Of a stretch of 64,000 nucleotides of DNA, positions 1 to 12,541 are shown one piece after another. A program made the translations under genes and the position numbers. The notes under the pieces were generated by a model, which saw only the letters and a list, made by a program, of their open reading frames with translations, did not search any database and was not told the origin of the DNA. Source of the DNA: Mobula hypostoma. Taxonomy: Eukaryota. Within the stretch, counting starts at the first letter, position 1. Each line of letters starts with the position of its first letter. The stretch lies in contig NC_086097.1 of NCBI RefSeq assembly GCF_963921235.1, positions 109,370,001 to 109,434,000 of the forward strand, written 5' to 3'.

Positions 1-721
1 CTTGTCTTGCCCTTGCCTCTGTGGGATAAGTCAGGCTGTTCTACTGTTGCCCTGCAGGGGGTCTTGTCTTGTCTTGTCCTTGCCTCTGTTGAGTAAGTCT
101 GGCCGTTCTGCCGTTACCTGATGGAGGGACCTGTCCCACCTTGGTATAGAGATGAAGTTGAGTCCCGGCTTGTCTTAGGATAAGTCCTGGCTCAATGTCA
201 ATCTTCTGTCCTGTCTCATGTTAGCGTTGTGTTAAAGATGAGTCCGGGCTTGTCAAAGGATAAGTCCTGGCTCTATGTTAATGTTCAATTCCCAGTCTCT
301 CTGTGAGCTCCAAGAGCCCAAGCCCCGAGGATCCCGCAGCTAGGCTGCAGCCAGGCCCTCGCCCCGAGGCCCCAGGCTGCAGCTAAGTTCAAGAGCCAGG
401 ACCCCAGCCTGCCTCCAAGCTCAGGCCTCTAGGACCCTGCCCCGTCCTGTCTGGAAGCCATGTCATGTCCTTGCCTGATTTTGGGTTCCGAGGCAAGACC
501 CAGGTTCTGGGTTCTTGTTCAGTCTCGGGCTCGGAGTCCAAGCCTTGTCTCCTCGTCCATGGTTCCTAGTCCTGGTCTCGCTTTCCCTAGCCCAATTCTG
601 CATTCTTGTCCCTGCTCCTTGCCTGTACCCTGTCACGTCCCTACTCTCGTCAAGTCCTGTTCCTTGTACTTCAGTGTCTGTGTCTTGCATTTGGGTCCAT
701 TCCCAATGCCCCATTGTGACA
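1..721 (+). mobile_element. LTR-like sequence (probably Gypsy-type) with internal tandem subrepeats, truncated by window edge
   Basis: Duplicated units (cttgtcttgcccttgcctctgt...taagtc; gatgagtcc.ggcttgtc...ggataagtcctggctc.atgt.aat) and an LTR-like end gcatttgggtcc...ttgtgaca ending in CA at 721. Confidence 0.5.
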
Positions 722-1335
722 CTTTCCACTTTGCCTATCACACACATACCTACAGGGGTTTCTTCTGCTTCAGCTTACCCTCTCTTCCATCCCTCCCATG
801 GTTCCATCTGCCCATCATCACTAATTTAATTTCACATCAACTTCCAGCCTCCCTCCCATCCCCACCTGTCCTGTGATTATTATTTTCTCTTACCTATCAC
901 TCACCAGCCTCTGTCTCCAAATTCCCTTGTTGCTCTTTCCCATCTTCCTGCTTTCACCTACTCATGATCTCCCAGCTCCCTGGTTCCAGCCCTAGCCTCA
1001 CCCCTTCATACCAGATCTCTTGCGTCTCCACTTTCAGCCCTGATGGCATGGGCTGAAATGTTAATAACCCTTTGCCTCCACAAATGCTGTTTGATCTGCT
1101 GAGTACTTCCAGCTGTTTTTTCTTATTTGCTCCCATACTATACTTAATGTCTTCATGAATATATTTAATGTTTTGGTCTCAACTGTCTTCCAGACCCAGC
1201 TGTATTTGGTTTCTTCCCCCTTCCTTTGCAGTCCTGATGAAGGATCTTGGCTCAAAACATCAACTCTTTATTCCTTTCCATGGATGCTGCCTGACCTGCT
1301 GAATTCCTCCAACATTTTGTGTGTGTTGTTCTGAT
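722..1335 (+). mobile_element. Two old PLE terminal-repeat remnants with decayed hammerhead motifs
   Basis: Pyrimidine-rich tract, then cagccctgatgg...ctgaaatgtt (1035-1062) and cagtcctgatgaaggatcttggctcaaaacatcaact...gatgctgcctgacctgctga (1229-1302), homologous to the PLE 3' end at 45721-45852. Confidence 0.7.
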
Positions 1336-1339
1336 TTTT

Positions 1340-2500
1340 ATTTTGTCTTTCAATAAATCTCACACCTAGCCTTGGCATCTATTTAAAACAAAAGTAACAC
1401 TTGCTGTTTGTTCACTGTTATCAAATCACTCAGCTAGAATCTGTCTGATGTGATTGACCCTGACACATCTGGAACTTGCTTGATATAATTTAATCAGATC
1501 CAGGTGTTAATTTTCTCTTATTACTGAAAGTGTGACAATTGATGTTATTCTGTACATTATTAATAAATTTCACAGCTGGGATTTGATCATTCTTGATAAA
1601 GCACAAATTGGAGAATTGTTGAATGTTAATAAAACACACAAGTTTGGAATTTATCTTACCTTAGTGAATATAACACATGGTACATATCCAGAAACACTTT
1701 TCACTCTAAACTTTGCATATTCAGTTTTCTCCACTGCTAATAAATCTCATATGTGGAATTTGCACGCTGTTAGAAAATCTCAAACCTAGTCCTTTTTTAA
1801 TTGATACTCACACATTGGAGATTTGTTCAGTGTTATTACCCTGCACATCTGGAAGTCATCTGACCTTAATAAATATAATGCATGTTCAGATACATTTGCT
1901 CACTATCAAGAAACCCCACAGATTCAAATATTCAGTGTTAGTAAATCTCAAACCTATATCTGTAACATCTTTATTGTTAATAAAGTTCACACCCTTGATT
2001 TAAATGGTGGTGAATTTAAAAAATACAGTTGGTTCACTGTTAGACATATAATCTTACACTTCTGTACTTTGTAAATAACTTTGACAAAAATGATTTGTTA
2101 CATATTACTAATTCCTATTTCTGGGATTTATTAACTATTGTCAAACTTTCTTCTTGGACTTGTCACCTGTTAATAAATCACATTTTTGAGATTTACCTAC
2201 TTCTATTAAATTTCACATCAGGGATTTGTTTTCATTGTGAGGTAGGTACATACAGTACCTCACACATTCAGTTTGTTCCCTGCTGATAGATCTCAAAGAT
2301 GTGATTTGTTCACTGTTAGTAAATTTCACATCTGGAGTTTTCATACCATTAACAAATCTCACCCCTGGGAATTTTTCATCATTGAAAAATCTCACACCAA
2401 TGATAGTTCATTGCAAGAAACACCTCAAGCCTTCAAGTGGATTGCCATAAAGCTCACATCTTTGATTTATTCTATGTTGAAAATTTAATCAACTGTGATT
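1340..2500. repeat. Degenerate ~33-bp tandem repeat (old minisatellite); resumes at ~5976-6300
   Basis: Recurrent variants of TGTTCACTGTTAATAAATCTCACACCTGGGATT, e.g. 1731-1790, 1932-1960, 2307-2398 and 6066-6100. Confidence 0.7.
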
Positions 2501-2502
2501 TG

Positions 2503-5500
2503 TAACATAGAAACATACAAAACTGACTGCACAATACAGGCCCTTTGGCCCATAATGCTGTGCCAAATATGTACTTACTTTAGAAATAACCTAGAATTAC
2601 ACATAGCCCTCTATTTTTCTAAGCTCCATGGATTTGTCCAGGAGTCTTTTAAAAGACCCTATCGTATCTGCCTCCATGACCATCACCGGCAGCTCATTCC
2701 ATGCACTCACCACTCTGTGTAAAAAAAAAAAAAAAAAAACTTACCCCTGTTCCTACTTCCAAGCATCTTAAAACTGTTCCCACTCATGTTAGCCATTTCT
2801 GCCCCAGGAAAAAGCCTCTGACTATCCACATGATCAATTCCTCTCATCATCTTATACACCTCTATCAGGTCACCTCTCATCCTCTGTTGCTCCAAGGAGA
2901 AAAGGCCAAGTTCAATCAACCTATTCTCATAAGGCATGCTCCCCAATCCAGGCAACATCCTTATAAATCTCTTCTGCACCCTTTCTATAGTTTACACATC
3001 CTTCCTGTAGTGAGATGACCAGAACTGACCACAGTACTCTAAGTGCAGTCTGACCAAGGTCTTGTATAGCTGTAATATTACCTCTCGGCTCTTGAACTCA
3101 ATCCCATGGTTGATGAAGGCCAATGCATCGTATGCCTTCTTAATCACACAGTCAAACTGCGTAGCAGCTTTGAGTGTCGTATGGACACGGACCCCAAGAT
3201 CCCTCTGATCCTCCACAATGCCAAGAGTCTTATCGTTAATACTATATTCTGCCATCATATTTGACCTACTAAAATGAACCACCTCACACTTATCTGGGTT
3301 GAACTCCATCTGCCACTTCTCAGACCAGTTTTGCATCCTATCGATGTCCTGCTGTAAACTCTGACAGCCCTCCACACTATCCACAACACCTCCAACCTTT
3401 GTGTCATCAGCAAATTTACTAACCCATCCCTCCATTTCCTCATTCAGGTCATTTATAAAATCATGAAGAGAAACGGTCCCAGAACAGATCCATGAGGCAC
3501 ACCACTGGTCAGCAACCTCCATGTAGAATATGACCTGTCTACAGCCACTCTTTGCCTTCTATGGGCAAGCCAATTTTGGATCCACAAAGCAAAGTCCCCT
3601 TGGATCCCATGCCTCCTTACTTTCTCAATAAGCCTTGCATGGCGTACCTTATCAAGTGCCTTGCTGAAATCTATATACTGTACACTACATCTACTGCTCT
3701 ACCTTCATCAATGTGTTTAGTCACATCCTCAAAAAATTCAAACAGGCATAAGGCATAACCTACCTTTGACAAAGCCATGCTGACTATTCCTAATCATATT
3801 ATGCCTCTTCAAATGTTCATAAATCCTGCCTCTCAGAATCTTCTCCATCAACTTACCAACCACTGAATTATTGGTCTATAATTTCCTGGGCTATCTCTAC
3901 TCCCTTTCTTGAATAAGGGAACAACATCTGCAACCTTCAAGTCCTCTGAAACCTCTCCTGTCCCCATTGATGATGCAAAGATCATCGCCAGAGGCTCAGC
4001 AACCTCCTTCCTCGCATCCCACAGTAGCCTGGGGTATAGCTCATCCGGTTCTGGTGACTTATCCAATTTGATGCTTTCCAAAAGCTCCAGCACAACCTCT
4101 TTCTTAATGTCTACATGCTCAAGCTTTTCAGCCTGCTGTAAGTCATCCCCACAACTGCCAAGGTCCTTTTCTGTAGTGAATACTGAAGCAAAGTATTCAT
4201 TAAGTACCTCTCCTATCTCCTCCGGTTCCATACACACTTTTCCACTGTCACACTTGATTGGTCCTATTCTCTCACATCTTATCCTCTTGTTCTTCACATA
4301 CTTATAGAATGTCTTGGGGTTTTCCTTAATCCTGCTCACCAAGGCCTTCTCATGGCCCCTTCTGGCTCTCCTAATTTCACTCTTAAGCTTCTTCCTGCTA
4401 GCCTTATAATCTTCTTGATCTCTATTATTACCTAGTTTTTTGAACCTTTAGTGAGTTTTTCTTTTCTTCTTGACTAGATTTTCAACAGCCTTTGTATACT
4501 ATCGTTCCTGTACCCTACTATCCTTTCCCTGTCTCATTGGAACATACTTACTCAGAACGGCACACAAATATCCCCTGAACATTTGCCACATCTCTGCCGT
4601 ACATTTCCCTGAGAACATCTGTTCCCAATTTATCTTCCAAGTTCCCGCCAGATAGTATTATATTTCCCCTACTCCAATTAACCGCTTTCCTAACTTGGCT
4701 GTTCCTATCCCTCTCCAATTCTATGGTAAAGGAGAATTGTGATCACAATCTCCAAAATGCTCTCCCACTGAGAGACCTGACACCTGACCAGGTTCATTTC
4801 CCATTAGCAGATCAAGTACAGCCTCTCCTCCTGTAGGCGTATCTACATACTGTGTCAGGAATACACCTAACTGAACGCACCTAACAAACTCCACCCCATC
4901 TAAACCCCTTGCTCTAGGGAACATTGGGGAAATTAAAATCTTCCACAACGACAACCCTGTTATTATTACACCGTTCCAGAATCTCTCTCCCTATCTGCTC
5001 CACGATGTCCCTGTTACTATTGAGTGGTCTATAAAAAACACCCAGTAGAGTTATTGACCCCTTCCTGTTTCTAACTTCCACCCACAGAGACTCAGTAGAC
5101 AATTCCTCCATGACTTCCTCCTTTTCTGCAGTCGTGACACTATCTCTGATCAACAGTGCCACACCCCCACCACTTTTGCCTCTCTCCCTGTCCTTTCTGA
5201 AACATCTAAAGCCTGGCACTCTAAGTCACCATTCCTGCCCCTGAGCCATCTGTCTCTGTAATGGCCACAACATCATAGCTCCAAGTACTGATCCATGCTC
5301 TCGGCTTATCCACTTTGTTCATGATGATTCTTGCATTAAAATAGACACATCTCAAACCATCAGTCTGAGCACATCCCTTCTCTATCACCTACCTATCCTC
5401 CCTCTCGCACTGTCTAGAAGCTTTCACGATTTTTGAGCTAACTTCCCCTTCCTCTGTCTCTTCAGTTCAGTTCCCACCCCCAAGCAATTCTAGTTTAAAC

Positions 5501-5975
5501 CCTTCCCAGTAGCCTTAGCAACCCTTCCCGCCAGGATATTGGTCCCCCTCAGATTCAAGTGCAACCCGTCCTTTTTGCACAGGTCACACCTGCCCCAAAA
5601 GAGGTCCCAATGATGCAGAAATCTGAATCCCTGCCCCTGCCCCAAACCCTCAGCCACGAATTTATCCTCCACCTCACTCTATTCCTATAATCACTGTCAC
5701 GTGGCACATGCAGTAATCCCGAGATTACTACCTTTGAGGTCCTGCTTCTTAACTTCCTTCCTAACTCCCTGCAGTCTGTTTTCAGGACCTCCTCCCTTTT
5801 CCTACCTATGTCGTTGGCACCAATATGTACCATGACCTCTGGCTGTCCCCCTTCCCACTTCAGCATATCATGGATGCGATCAGAAACATTCTGGACCCTG
5901 GCACCTGGGAGGCAAACTACCATCCGTGTTTCTTTCCTGTGTCCACAGAATCGCCTTTCTGACCCCCTAACTATT
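2503..5975 (-). mobile_element. CR1-type LINE, decayed: esterase ORF1, APE endonuclease, RT and 3' tail
   Basis: SGNH-esterase-like piece (VVCLPGARV...VHIGANDIG, 5555-6001), endonuclease (GGGVALLIRD, LLGVFYRP, VLDLLMGNEP), RT (VVPLFKKGSRDSPGNYRP, SKFADDTK, WQMEFNPDKC) and a tail complementary to aacatagaaacata at 2503. Many frameshifts. Confidence 0.93.
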
Positions 5976-6784
5976 ACGACTGTACTATTAGTAATTATCA
6001 TCCCAAATATAATTTAACAGATTTATGTTTATAAGAAATAATGTTAATATATCTCACTTCAATGTTTGTCCATTGTTAATAAATTATGCATCTGACATTT
6101 GTCACTGTCATTAAGTATCACCTCCCATATTTTGTGCATTTCCCATACCAGAGGTTTTGCTCCCTCCAACCCGTACGTAAAGATTACAGATGGGATTTGT
6201 TTACTGTTAATAAATATCAAGGAAATAAATGTAATATACATTCAGTGTGATTAATTTTCATAACTAGTTTTGTTCACAGGAGATTTATCCTCTGGTCAAA
6301 TAAATAGGAAACTAGAATGCTTTTCAAATGTTGAGTGATCGAGGTGTTGTTCAAGAGAATCTGGATATCACTGTACATGAATCACCAAAAATAAACAGAT
6401 AGCTCCATTTGGCAACAGGAAAGGAAAACAAGATAAGAATAATGGAAGGATGTGAAATACTTCCAACAATTAAGAGACAATTGTCTTACTAACTTCAAGA
6501 TATCATCAGTTATCAGAATGAAGTATGATTGACTTGTCATACCTCCTTTATGAATGGCAATTAATACTTCCATTATGAATGGCAATTGATCTTGCAAGTA
6601 AGGAATTCAAGCATATATAATTTTCCAGATGGTCAATATTCATAACTGATAAGCCAATTCTGTATAAAAATAGCAGTTTTCTGCCCTGGCTTCAGAACCA
6701 GGGATGCAGTGCTAGCCGGAGCACACCGGAGTGCGTCCGGCACATCCTTACGAAAAAAGCCGAAATAAACAAGCTAATTAATTT

Positions 6785-6960
6785 GGTGCCACTCAGAGTG
6801 ATTTGAGTATCTCAGAAACTGTTGATCTCCTGTGATTTTTATGCACAACAGACTCTGGAATTTGCAAAGAATGGTGCCAAAAACAAAAAATACATCCAGC
6901 GAGTGGATTTAACAAAATCCACAGAACAGCTACTCGCTGGATATTTTGTTTTTGGCAAGC
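6785..6960 (+). mobile_element. Tc1 transposase fragment with a small local inverted duplication
   Basis: ggtgcc...gagtatctcagaaactgttgatctcc matches the Tc1 element at 18146; 6877-6905 is inverted at 6932-6956. Confidence 0.55.
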
Positions 6961-8045
6961 TTGAGAGGTTTCACCTAAAGTGATTATTTCTTTATGACAT
7001 GGAAAGTAGCTACTGAGTCAAATTCTTGAGCCATCTCAAGAATTCTTTCACTCAGGTTCCTGTAATATGTTCTCCCAAACACAGGCCCATTTGCACCACC
7101 CTCATTCTCCTACTGGCTATCAACATTGGGAGGATCAGGACATTTTAGGAATATGGGAAAGATTAGATTAGATTAGATTATGAGGACACTCAGTCCTCGT
7201 TTATTATTATTTAGTAATGCATGCATTAAGAAATGATACAATGTTCCTCCAGTATGATATCACAGAAACACAAGACAAACCAAAACTAAAACTGACAAAA
7301 ACCACATAATTATAACATATAGTTACAACAGTGCAAAGCAATACCGTAATTTGATAAGAGCAGACCATGGGCACGGTAAAAAAACCTGGAGGGCCTAGGA
7401 GAAGCACACGGGGACATGTGCAGACTCCACATAGACAACAATATCTAACTGGCAGCTGCACTGCCTGCAGTGTGACTGTGCTACCCTACAGCCTCTTTCT
7501 GTTGTGCTACCTCACTATTTTTTCTTTTAATTTTTTTTGCTTTCTTTTTGCACTACTTATTTAATGATATATGTTTTTCATGATAATTTATGCAATTTAT
7601 AGTTTTTTAAAATTATTATGTATTGTAATGTACTGCTGCCACAAAATAACAAATTTTGCAACATATTGAACTTGATACTGATTCTGATAAGATTCTGTAT
7701 TCATTAGATGTAATGTTCTGGAATCTGAGATGATCAAGAATGGAGAGCTTGTGGAAGGAAAGTATTTGTTCTAATTACTGTTATTTACTCATGGATTGGC
7801 AGCACTGGCTTAATGCTCTTACCTGCTCGGTCACTGTCATCTCCCAAACCAATCCAAACTTCCCCAAAGTGACAATTGAGTTGCAAGAGGACAATAATCC
7901 AGATAACATGGCTCTGACGGATTTGTTGGAAATTGAGGAATACATGCACAATTTGTTTGTAAGAATATTTGGTCAGTAATATTCCCTCAATTTCCTTCAG
8001 TAATGAAAATAGCGGTGTTACCAGATACTGCGATTCAAAATGTAC

Positions 8046-8081
8046 CTGGGATAACAGGAGGGATATTTTGAGCGATTGTTT
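8046..8081 (-). CDS. Candidate 36-nt phase 1-1 micro-exon, (E)TIAQNIPPVIP(G), resembling the end of the G-substrate repeat
   Basis: ccctgccag|AAACAATCGCTCAAAATATCCCTCCTGTTATCCCAG|gtacat; QNIPPVIPG parallels QYVPPLIPG of the 8607-8768 exon. The polypyrimidine tract is weak. Confidence 0.3.
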
Positions 8082-8606
8082 CTGGCAGGGTACTTTCTTA
8101 CTTGACTGAATTGTGACCATGTTATTTGTTGGGAGTTACAGATTCTAGTCACAGTCAGTTTCTAACAATTTTAACAGAGTATAAAGTATATGATTCCATT
8201 ATAAAAATTGGAAAAAAGTTGTTAATACACTAGGAGAAATTAAAGTAGAAAATGAAAAAATAATGATTTACAAAGTCTACAAATCAATGCTAATGTGCAT
8301 CTTCAATACACATTAACACCTATTTTATTACTGACAAATTATTGTACCCTGGCCTTACTGACAGCATCAGATGCAGGTCTGTAAACATACACTCGAGAAC
8401 ATAAGAAAACTGACATAATACTGGCAAAAATTGATAGCACATTTGTGCACTGAAGAATCCAGTTTAATTTTGCCAGGAAGAACAGAATATTTTGAATAGA
8501 GCATAATTTCTGCACTCTAAAATTACACTCAGATAGCTGCATTAGAGTCAAAGTACAGTTCTGAAGCTGATTAGACTGAACGCCAATAACTCAAGAGCCA
8601 TGGTAC

Positions 8607-8768
8607 CTGGGATGAGAGGTGGGACATATTGCACTGGGGTGTCCTTTCTCCTTGGCTTTTTCTGCTCAAGCTCAATATCCTTTGACTCGTCTTCAGATGT
8701 ATCTTTTTCAATTCCCTCATTTATTTCACAGGTTTTTACTAGCTGCTCTGAAAGGTTTGAAAAATCAT
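8607..8768 (-). CDS. PPP1R17: Internal coding exon of protein phosphatase 1 regulatory subunit 17 (G-substrate)
   Basis: Acceptor tttcttcccgacag|, donor CCAG|gtacca, 162 nt, phase 1-1. Translates (D)DFSNLSEQLVKTCEINEGIEKDTSEDESKDIELEQKKPRRKDTPVQYVPPLIP(G), containing the G-substrate QKKPRRKDTP PKG-phosphorylation repeat and the PPxIPG exon end. Confidence 0.88.
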
Positions 8769-9199
8769 CTGTCGGGAAGAAATGCGCAGAAATATATTTA
8801 CATGAATGGTTCAGGTGATAATCATCAAAAGCACAAGTTAAAAACAAGCTTAAAAGAAGTTAATGACAATCTTATTCACAGTAAAAGAAGAATTACTTTT
8901 ACAGCAGCAAACAATTCTGGTGTTTGAGAACAAGTCCACTGAAAATTTTGATTTGCAAGTGGGAGAAGGCACCATTATCTTTGAAATATTCCAGCATAAA
9001 TGGGGTTTGCATAGTTTCAATTCCTTCTGGTCCTTGATTATATGTGTTTGTTGTTCAGCTTCCAAAATCTATGACACTGCTGTATTAAAATCTCCCATTT
9101 GCGGTTTGGGACCTTGCCTGTACTTCATGGCACTTCATCAACATGTCATATCCCCAAACCAGCACCAAAAACAATATGGAAGCCAATGGGAGTTCAGTT

Positions 9200-9640
9200 T
9201 ATTGCCATAGGCAAATGTATTCACAGAAACGGCGAGAAACTTAAGTTGTAGCAGCATCACAGGTACATAGCATCAGTTAAGCAGCATTCACAGGAAAAAA
9301 CATAAATTATGAAACAATTTTTACAAGGAAGAACAGAATTGGAACTAAAGATAATTCTGCCAGAAAATGGCAAGGCCCATATGGAGGTGATTTTTGATGT
9401 TAGACATTGGCCCCTTGAGATAGCAGATACTAGCGTCAGTGGGGAGGGATGTCCCCATGAGGGACAGGGCTGAGTCCATTACTCTCTGAAGCTCCTCGTC
9501 TTCCAGTGCATTCAAACTGCCACAACAGACCATGGTGCAACCAGTCAGGATACGTTCTGTGATACATCTGCAGAAGTCTGTTAGTGTGTTTGGTGACATG
9601 TTGATCTTCCTTAACCTTCTAAGGAAGATCACTTTCCTAT
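9200..9640 (-). mobile_element. Rex1/Babar-type LINE 3' fragment
   Basis: ORF 9345-9632 FLRRLRKINMSPNTLTDFCRCITERILTGCTMVCCG is the Rex1-type C-terminal domain. Confidence 0.75.
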
Positions 9641-10169
9641 TCTTGCATAATTCTGGGTATCTCTTCCCTATTTCTTTCTCTCGACTTTAATGATATTGCT
9701 CATTCTGTACCGTTTCCACTCGTTCCAAATGCAGGACAAATGGTTGGGTTTACTTATATTTCTCATTCTCACTAACATACCTGCCTCCTGCCATCATCAC
9801 AATTCTACTTTGATAACCCTGCTCTCTACTTTCTGAACACATGATCACTACCCAGCTAAATCCTCAAGTAGCAATATTTCAAACACAGCCTATTTGTAGG
9901 TTCAGAGTTAGTCCTGATGGAGGGTCTCAGCTCAAAACATCAACTGTACCTTTTCCTATAGATGCTGCCTGGCCTGCTGAGTTCACCAGCATTTTTTGTG
10001 TGTGCTATTTGTAGGTTCTTTTATTTTGCTTCTTGCAACAAAGGCATGCTTATCAACAATGTATCTGAGTCATGCTTCCTGCTTCACTCAGTTCTGAAAT
10101 CTACCCATATACTTATGTACACAGTACTGCAGAATAAAAAGGCTTATAGTAGCTTCCAGAAGACTCCCT

Positions 10170-10560
10170 GAAGCACTGGAGAATGAGAGGATATTAGAGA
10201 GAGAGATACAAAATTATGAGGGGTATAGATAGGGTAAATGCAAACAGGTTTTCCGCTGAGGTTGATTAAGACCAGAACTAGAGATCATGGGTTAAAGGTG
10301 AAGGGTGAAATGTTTAAGGAGGAACTTCTTCACTCAGAAGGCTGTGAGAATATGGAACGAGCAGCCAGCAGAAGTGGTGGATGCGGGTTCGATTTCAACA
10401 ATTGAGAGAAATTTAGATTGGTATGTGGATAGGGAGGGGCGTGGAGGGCTATGGTCTGGAAGGGACTGGGCAGTTTAATAGATTGGCATGGACGACTGGT
10501 GCTGAAGAGCCTGTTCCCGTGCTGTGGTGGTGCTGTAATATTCTACCACTCCATGGCTCA
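10170..10560 (+). mobile_element. CR1 3' fragment
   Basis: tacaaaattatgaggggtatagatagggt...aacttcttcactcaga...gaagagcctgttcccgtgctgt, as in the other CR1 3' ends in the window. Confidence 0.8.
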
Positions 10561-10709
10561 CCAATCTCTCATATACAGTTTGTAATAATGAGATTTAAAT
10601 GACAAGGAAATGAGAGATTGACAATTTTAAACTATCCAATTGCTTTGCACAACAATTTCCCATTAACACTTCTGACATATCTGCAATTACACATGGAAAC
10701 AACAATACC

Positions 10710-11232
10710 CTTGAATGGAATATCCTCCAAAAAGTTGTGGGTATGACTCAGTCCCTCCTGGGTAAAGCCCTCCCCACCAATCGGCACATCTACATGGAGT
10801 ACTGTCACAGGAGTGCATCATCAGGAACCCCATCACACAGGTTAAGCTCTCTTCTCGCTGGAAGTAGGAACAGGAACCTCAGGACGCACACCACCATGTT
10901 CAGAAACAGTTATTACTCCTCAACCATCAGGCTCTTGAACCAGAGAGGATAACTTCACTCACCACAACACTCAACTGTTCCCACAACCTTTTGGCTCATT
11001 TTCACGGACTTTTCATCTCATGTTCTCAATATTTATTGCTTATTTATTTATGAATATTATTTCTTCCTTTTTACAGTTTGATGTCTTTTGCACATTGGTT
11101 GTTGTTCCCACTGGATGCGGTCTTCCATTAATTCTGTTATGGTTATTGGATTTACTATCGCTGCAAGAACAAGTTTCAGGGTTGTGTATAGTGAACACAT
11201 GCACTTTGATAATAAACTTGCTTTGAACTTTG
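10710..11232 (+). mobile_element. Rex1/Babar-type LINE 3' end
   Basis: RTHTTMFRNSYYSSTIRLLN C-terminus, then a 3' UTR ending aataaacttgctttgaactttga. Confidence 0.75.
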
Positions 11233-12541
11233 AAATAGTACAGATGATAAATGAAGTGTGGCCCTCTTGTAGCCAACCTGCTTTGGCCAACTTGCTCCCT
11301 ATCAGCTGCTAAGGATCTTATTTGCCATCTTATTATATCCTGCAAGAAAATAAGATGCATATCAAAGTTCGAACAATAAGTAATTTTACAGTTGCGCATG
11401 TTATTGTAGAGTAGTGTTACTGATGTCAGATGTTCAAGTTCAAGTTTATTGTCATGTGATTCTACTTAAATACAACCAAACAAAACAATGTTCTTCCAGA
11501 CCATGATCCACCCAGAAAGCATATCACACACACAGAAAATAAACTAAAATATTACCACAAATAAATTCACAAAATATAACTCCAAATGCTTGCAGTGTCC
11601 AGCAGAGGTAAACAGCAAACAGCTCATTGTCCTAGTGACAAGACCTCGGTGATGGCAGGGTATTCATTAGTTTCCCAGCCTGAGGGAAGAAGCTGTTACC
11701 CAGTCTGGCAGTCCTAGTCCTGAGGCTCCTGTGCCTCCTTCCTGACTGTAGAGGGACAAAGAGATTGACGGATAGGTGGTCAACACTGCTTTGGGCCCTT
11801 CGTATGCAATGCTCCTGGTAATTGTCACAAATGGGGAGGGAGGCCCCGGTGATTCTCTGGGTGGTTTTTCCTATCCTCTGTAGGGTCTTGCAGTCTGCTC
11901 CTTTGCAGCTTCAGTATCACACAATGATGCAGTCAGACAGGGCACTCTCGATTGTTCTCCTGTAGAAAGTTGTTAGATTGGGGTGGGAGAGTCTTGCACA
12001 TCTCAGTCTCCTCAGATAGTGTAGATGCTGCTGTGTTTTCTTGACTACTGAGGAGGTGCTGTAGAGTCCAGGCTAGATCATCTGTTATGTGCAATTCACT
12101 CAATCCACAGCAGAGCCATCGATGTGCAATGGAGATTGTCAACCTGTGCCTTCCAGAAGTCCACAATCCTCTCTTTTGTCTTGTCCATGATGAGACTCAG
12201 ATTGCTGTTCTTGCACCAGTAGACAAGCCTCTCTACCTCCACTTGTATACCGACTCATTGTTGTTTCAGGTAAGGCTGACGTATCATTGACGTATCATTA
12301 GCGAACATGATTATCCGGTTTGAGCTGGATCTGGCAGTGCAGTCGTGAGTCAGCGATGTGAACAGCAGCAGGCTGAGCATGCAGCCCTGGAGAAGGGGTA
12401 CGAGTGCTCAGCATGATGGAGCTAGAGATGTTGCTGCCAACTCAAACTGACTAGGGTCTTTCTGTCAGGAAGGCCAAGATAGAGTTCCAGAGAGGGTACT
12501 GACTCCCAACCAAAACGGCTTACCCACTAGCCTGTGAGGGA

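Noticed and set aside
1340..2500. CRISPR-like regular repeats
   Set aside because: Units are contiguous and degenerate with no unique spacers, there are no cas genes, and the context is vertebrate.
7823..7913. Possible downstream PPP1R17 exon ending CAG|gtaaga
   Set aside because: Translations do not resemble G-substrate; only the donor site supports it.
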